IMG/VR virus record: IMGVR_UViG_3300032116_000170
Source of the DNA: an uncultured virus (IMG/VR IMGVR_UViG_3300032116_000170)
Lineage: Duplodnaviria > Heunggongvirae > Uroviricota > Caudoviricetes
Length of the DNA: 64,000 bases
Reading direction: 5' to 3' (one strand)
Below the pieces are notes generated by a model. It worked only from the letters and a program-made list of their open reading frames with translations. It did not search any database and was not told the origin of the DNA. The first letter of the stretch is position 1. Each line of letters opens with the position of its first letter. A program made the position numbers and the translations under genes. This document shows, in pieces, positions 63,148-64,000 of this stretch.

Positions 63148-63193
63148 ATTTCCTACTGGTAGGAAGCAGGGCTTGCCCTGCTAGGGCTAGGAA
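63148..63193 (-). repeat. ~45-bp hairpin element containing the TTCCTAC-CA-GTAGGAA palindrome
   Basis: - strand TTCCTAGCCCTAGCAGGGCAAGCCCTGCTTCCTACCAGTAGGAAAT. Confidence 0.65.
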
Positions 63194-63198
63194 TGTTG

Positions 63199-63408
63199 TT
63201 ACGTCATGGCTCCTCCTTTGTGTGACGTGTTGAGTCCCTTGAGCAGGGACGGGTCTGTTATCAGGATGTAGTTACTCTTTGGCATGGGGGCGACAGTCCA
63301 CCCTTTGCGCTCTTGCTTGGCAGCAGCTTCGCCACATGGCAGGCATGTGTGTCGGCCCAAGGCCCAGCGTGCTGTGGCCACGGTATCTCCGCAGTGTGTG
63401 CAGTTCAT
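63199..63408 (-). CDS. C4 zinc-finger protein (DksA/TraR-finger-like)
   Basis: CTHCG......R..LG..TCLPC. Confidence 0.6.
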   Translation of the reverse strand: MNCTHCGDTVATARWALGRHTCLPCGEAAAKQERKGWTVAPMPKSNYILITDPSLLKGLNTSHKGGAMT

Positions 63409-63650
63409 GTGTTGCCTTTCAATATGAATAGGGTTTGGTATTGCCGCACCAAGCGGGTTACTTCGGGTTGCAGGGCAGCAGGGAACGATTCGAGTTTTCG
63501 CACTAGGTATTGGCTGCCGTATCCGTTGTTGTCGTACAGATATGCAGGGTCTCGCAATCCGTCACGTGTGACGTAAAACTGTGTGACCACCTGCCCCACA
63601 CGCAGTGTGATGTGTGCGTTCTCGCTACCCTGCACAACGTGCGCACTCAT
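63405..63650 (-). CDS. Hypothetical protein
   Basis: Coupled ORF MSAHVVQG... Confidence 0.5.
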   Translation of the reverse strand: MSAHVVQGSENAHITLRVGQVVTQFYVTRDGLRDPAYLYDNNGYGSQYLVRKLESFPAALQPEVTRLVRQYQTLFILKGNT

Positions 63651-63847
63651 CTGTGAAACAGCGCCATGCCTGCAATGGCAGGGAACCGTGCCCCATGTTC
63701 GGCAATCCACGTTTCATCCACGATCTGGTCACGGCCAATGGCTGGCCCGATGAAGTATTGGATGCCGTCAATGTCGTCTTCGCACATGACAACGCCGATG
63801 CACGCACCGCCAGCGGCGGTGAACCATGTTGAGTCAAGTATGTTCAT
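63647..63847 (-). CDS. Hypothetical protein
   Basis: AAGGAG RBS; MNILDSTWFT...IG.V...YFIG...IA..G..FP. Confidence 0.55.
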   Translation of the reverse strand: MNILDSTWFTAAGGACIGVVMCEDDIDGIQYFIGPAIGRDQIVDETWIAEHGARFPAIAGMALFHR

Positions 63848-64000
63848 GTTTGTGATCTCCTTTTCTTGTATCCAATAGATGTAGCCACGCCCGTCATCGG
63901 TGGCTTTCATGTGTCGCAGTCCTGCTTCAGCCAGCACCTTGTCGATGAACACGGCCTCAAGCCACGGCTTTTCGGTGTCACTGCCCCACAAAATCCATAC

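Noticed and set aside
63199..63408. Functional TraR/DksA
   Set aside because: Only the C4 finger is present; the acidic DxxDxA coiled-coil tip is missing
1..64000. tRNA genes, alternative genetic code, host assignment
   Set aside because: No cloverleaf noticed by eye (tRNAscan would settle it); core genes are intact in the standard code; host cannot be determined from sequence reading alone

Overview
The window is most or all of a ~64 kb tailed dsDNA phage genome with podovirus-type (P22/SU10-like) virion gene order. The + strand (1.3-39.4 kb) carries terminase, portal, GroES-like co-chaperonin, scaffold, major capsid, an array of small basic proteins, adaptor/tail genes, lysis genes and ejection proteins ending in a 2033-aa polyvalent protein. 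The - strand (39.5-64 kb and 0.4-0.9 kb) carries primase-helicase, SSB, SNF2 helicase, PD-(D/E)XK nuclease, family A DNA polymerase, VRR-NUC, a hypervariable small-gene region, an AAA+/VWA module and an M28-type peptidase. Five free-standing endonuclease genes (GIY-YIG, LAGLIDADG, three HNH) are present. I saw no integrase, tRNA, CRISPR array or reverse transcriptase. Best candidates for something new: (1) small late genes with unrelated N-termini but a constant C-terminal peptide module ([MFY]xxGG...RADGCxx[KR]G[KH]TKG), whose [MFY]xxGG half recurs in three ejection proteins, suggesting a capsid cargo-tagging system; (2) early genes built combinatorially from identical 17-33 bp blocks; (3) a TTCCTAC-N2-3-GTAGGA palindrome family at early-gene boundaries; (4) three structured RNA elements, one a triple-stem pseudoknot over an RBS; (5) an overprinted gene inside the giant ejection protein; (6) an Acb2/Tad1-like sponge inserted in the head module. 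All family calls come from motif recognition by eye, not database searches; many starts were moved from the ORF track to an RBS-supported codon.
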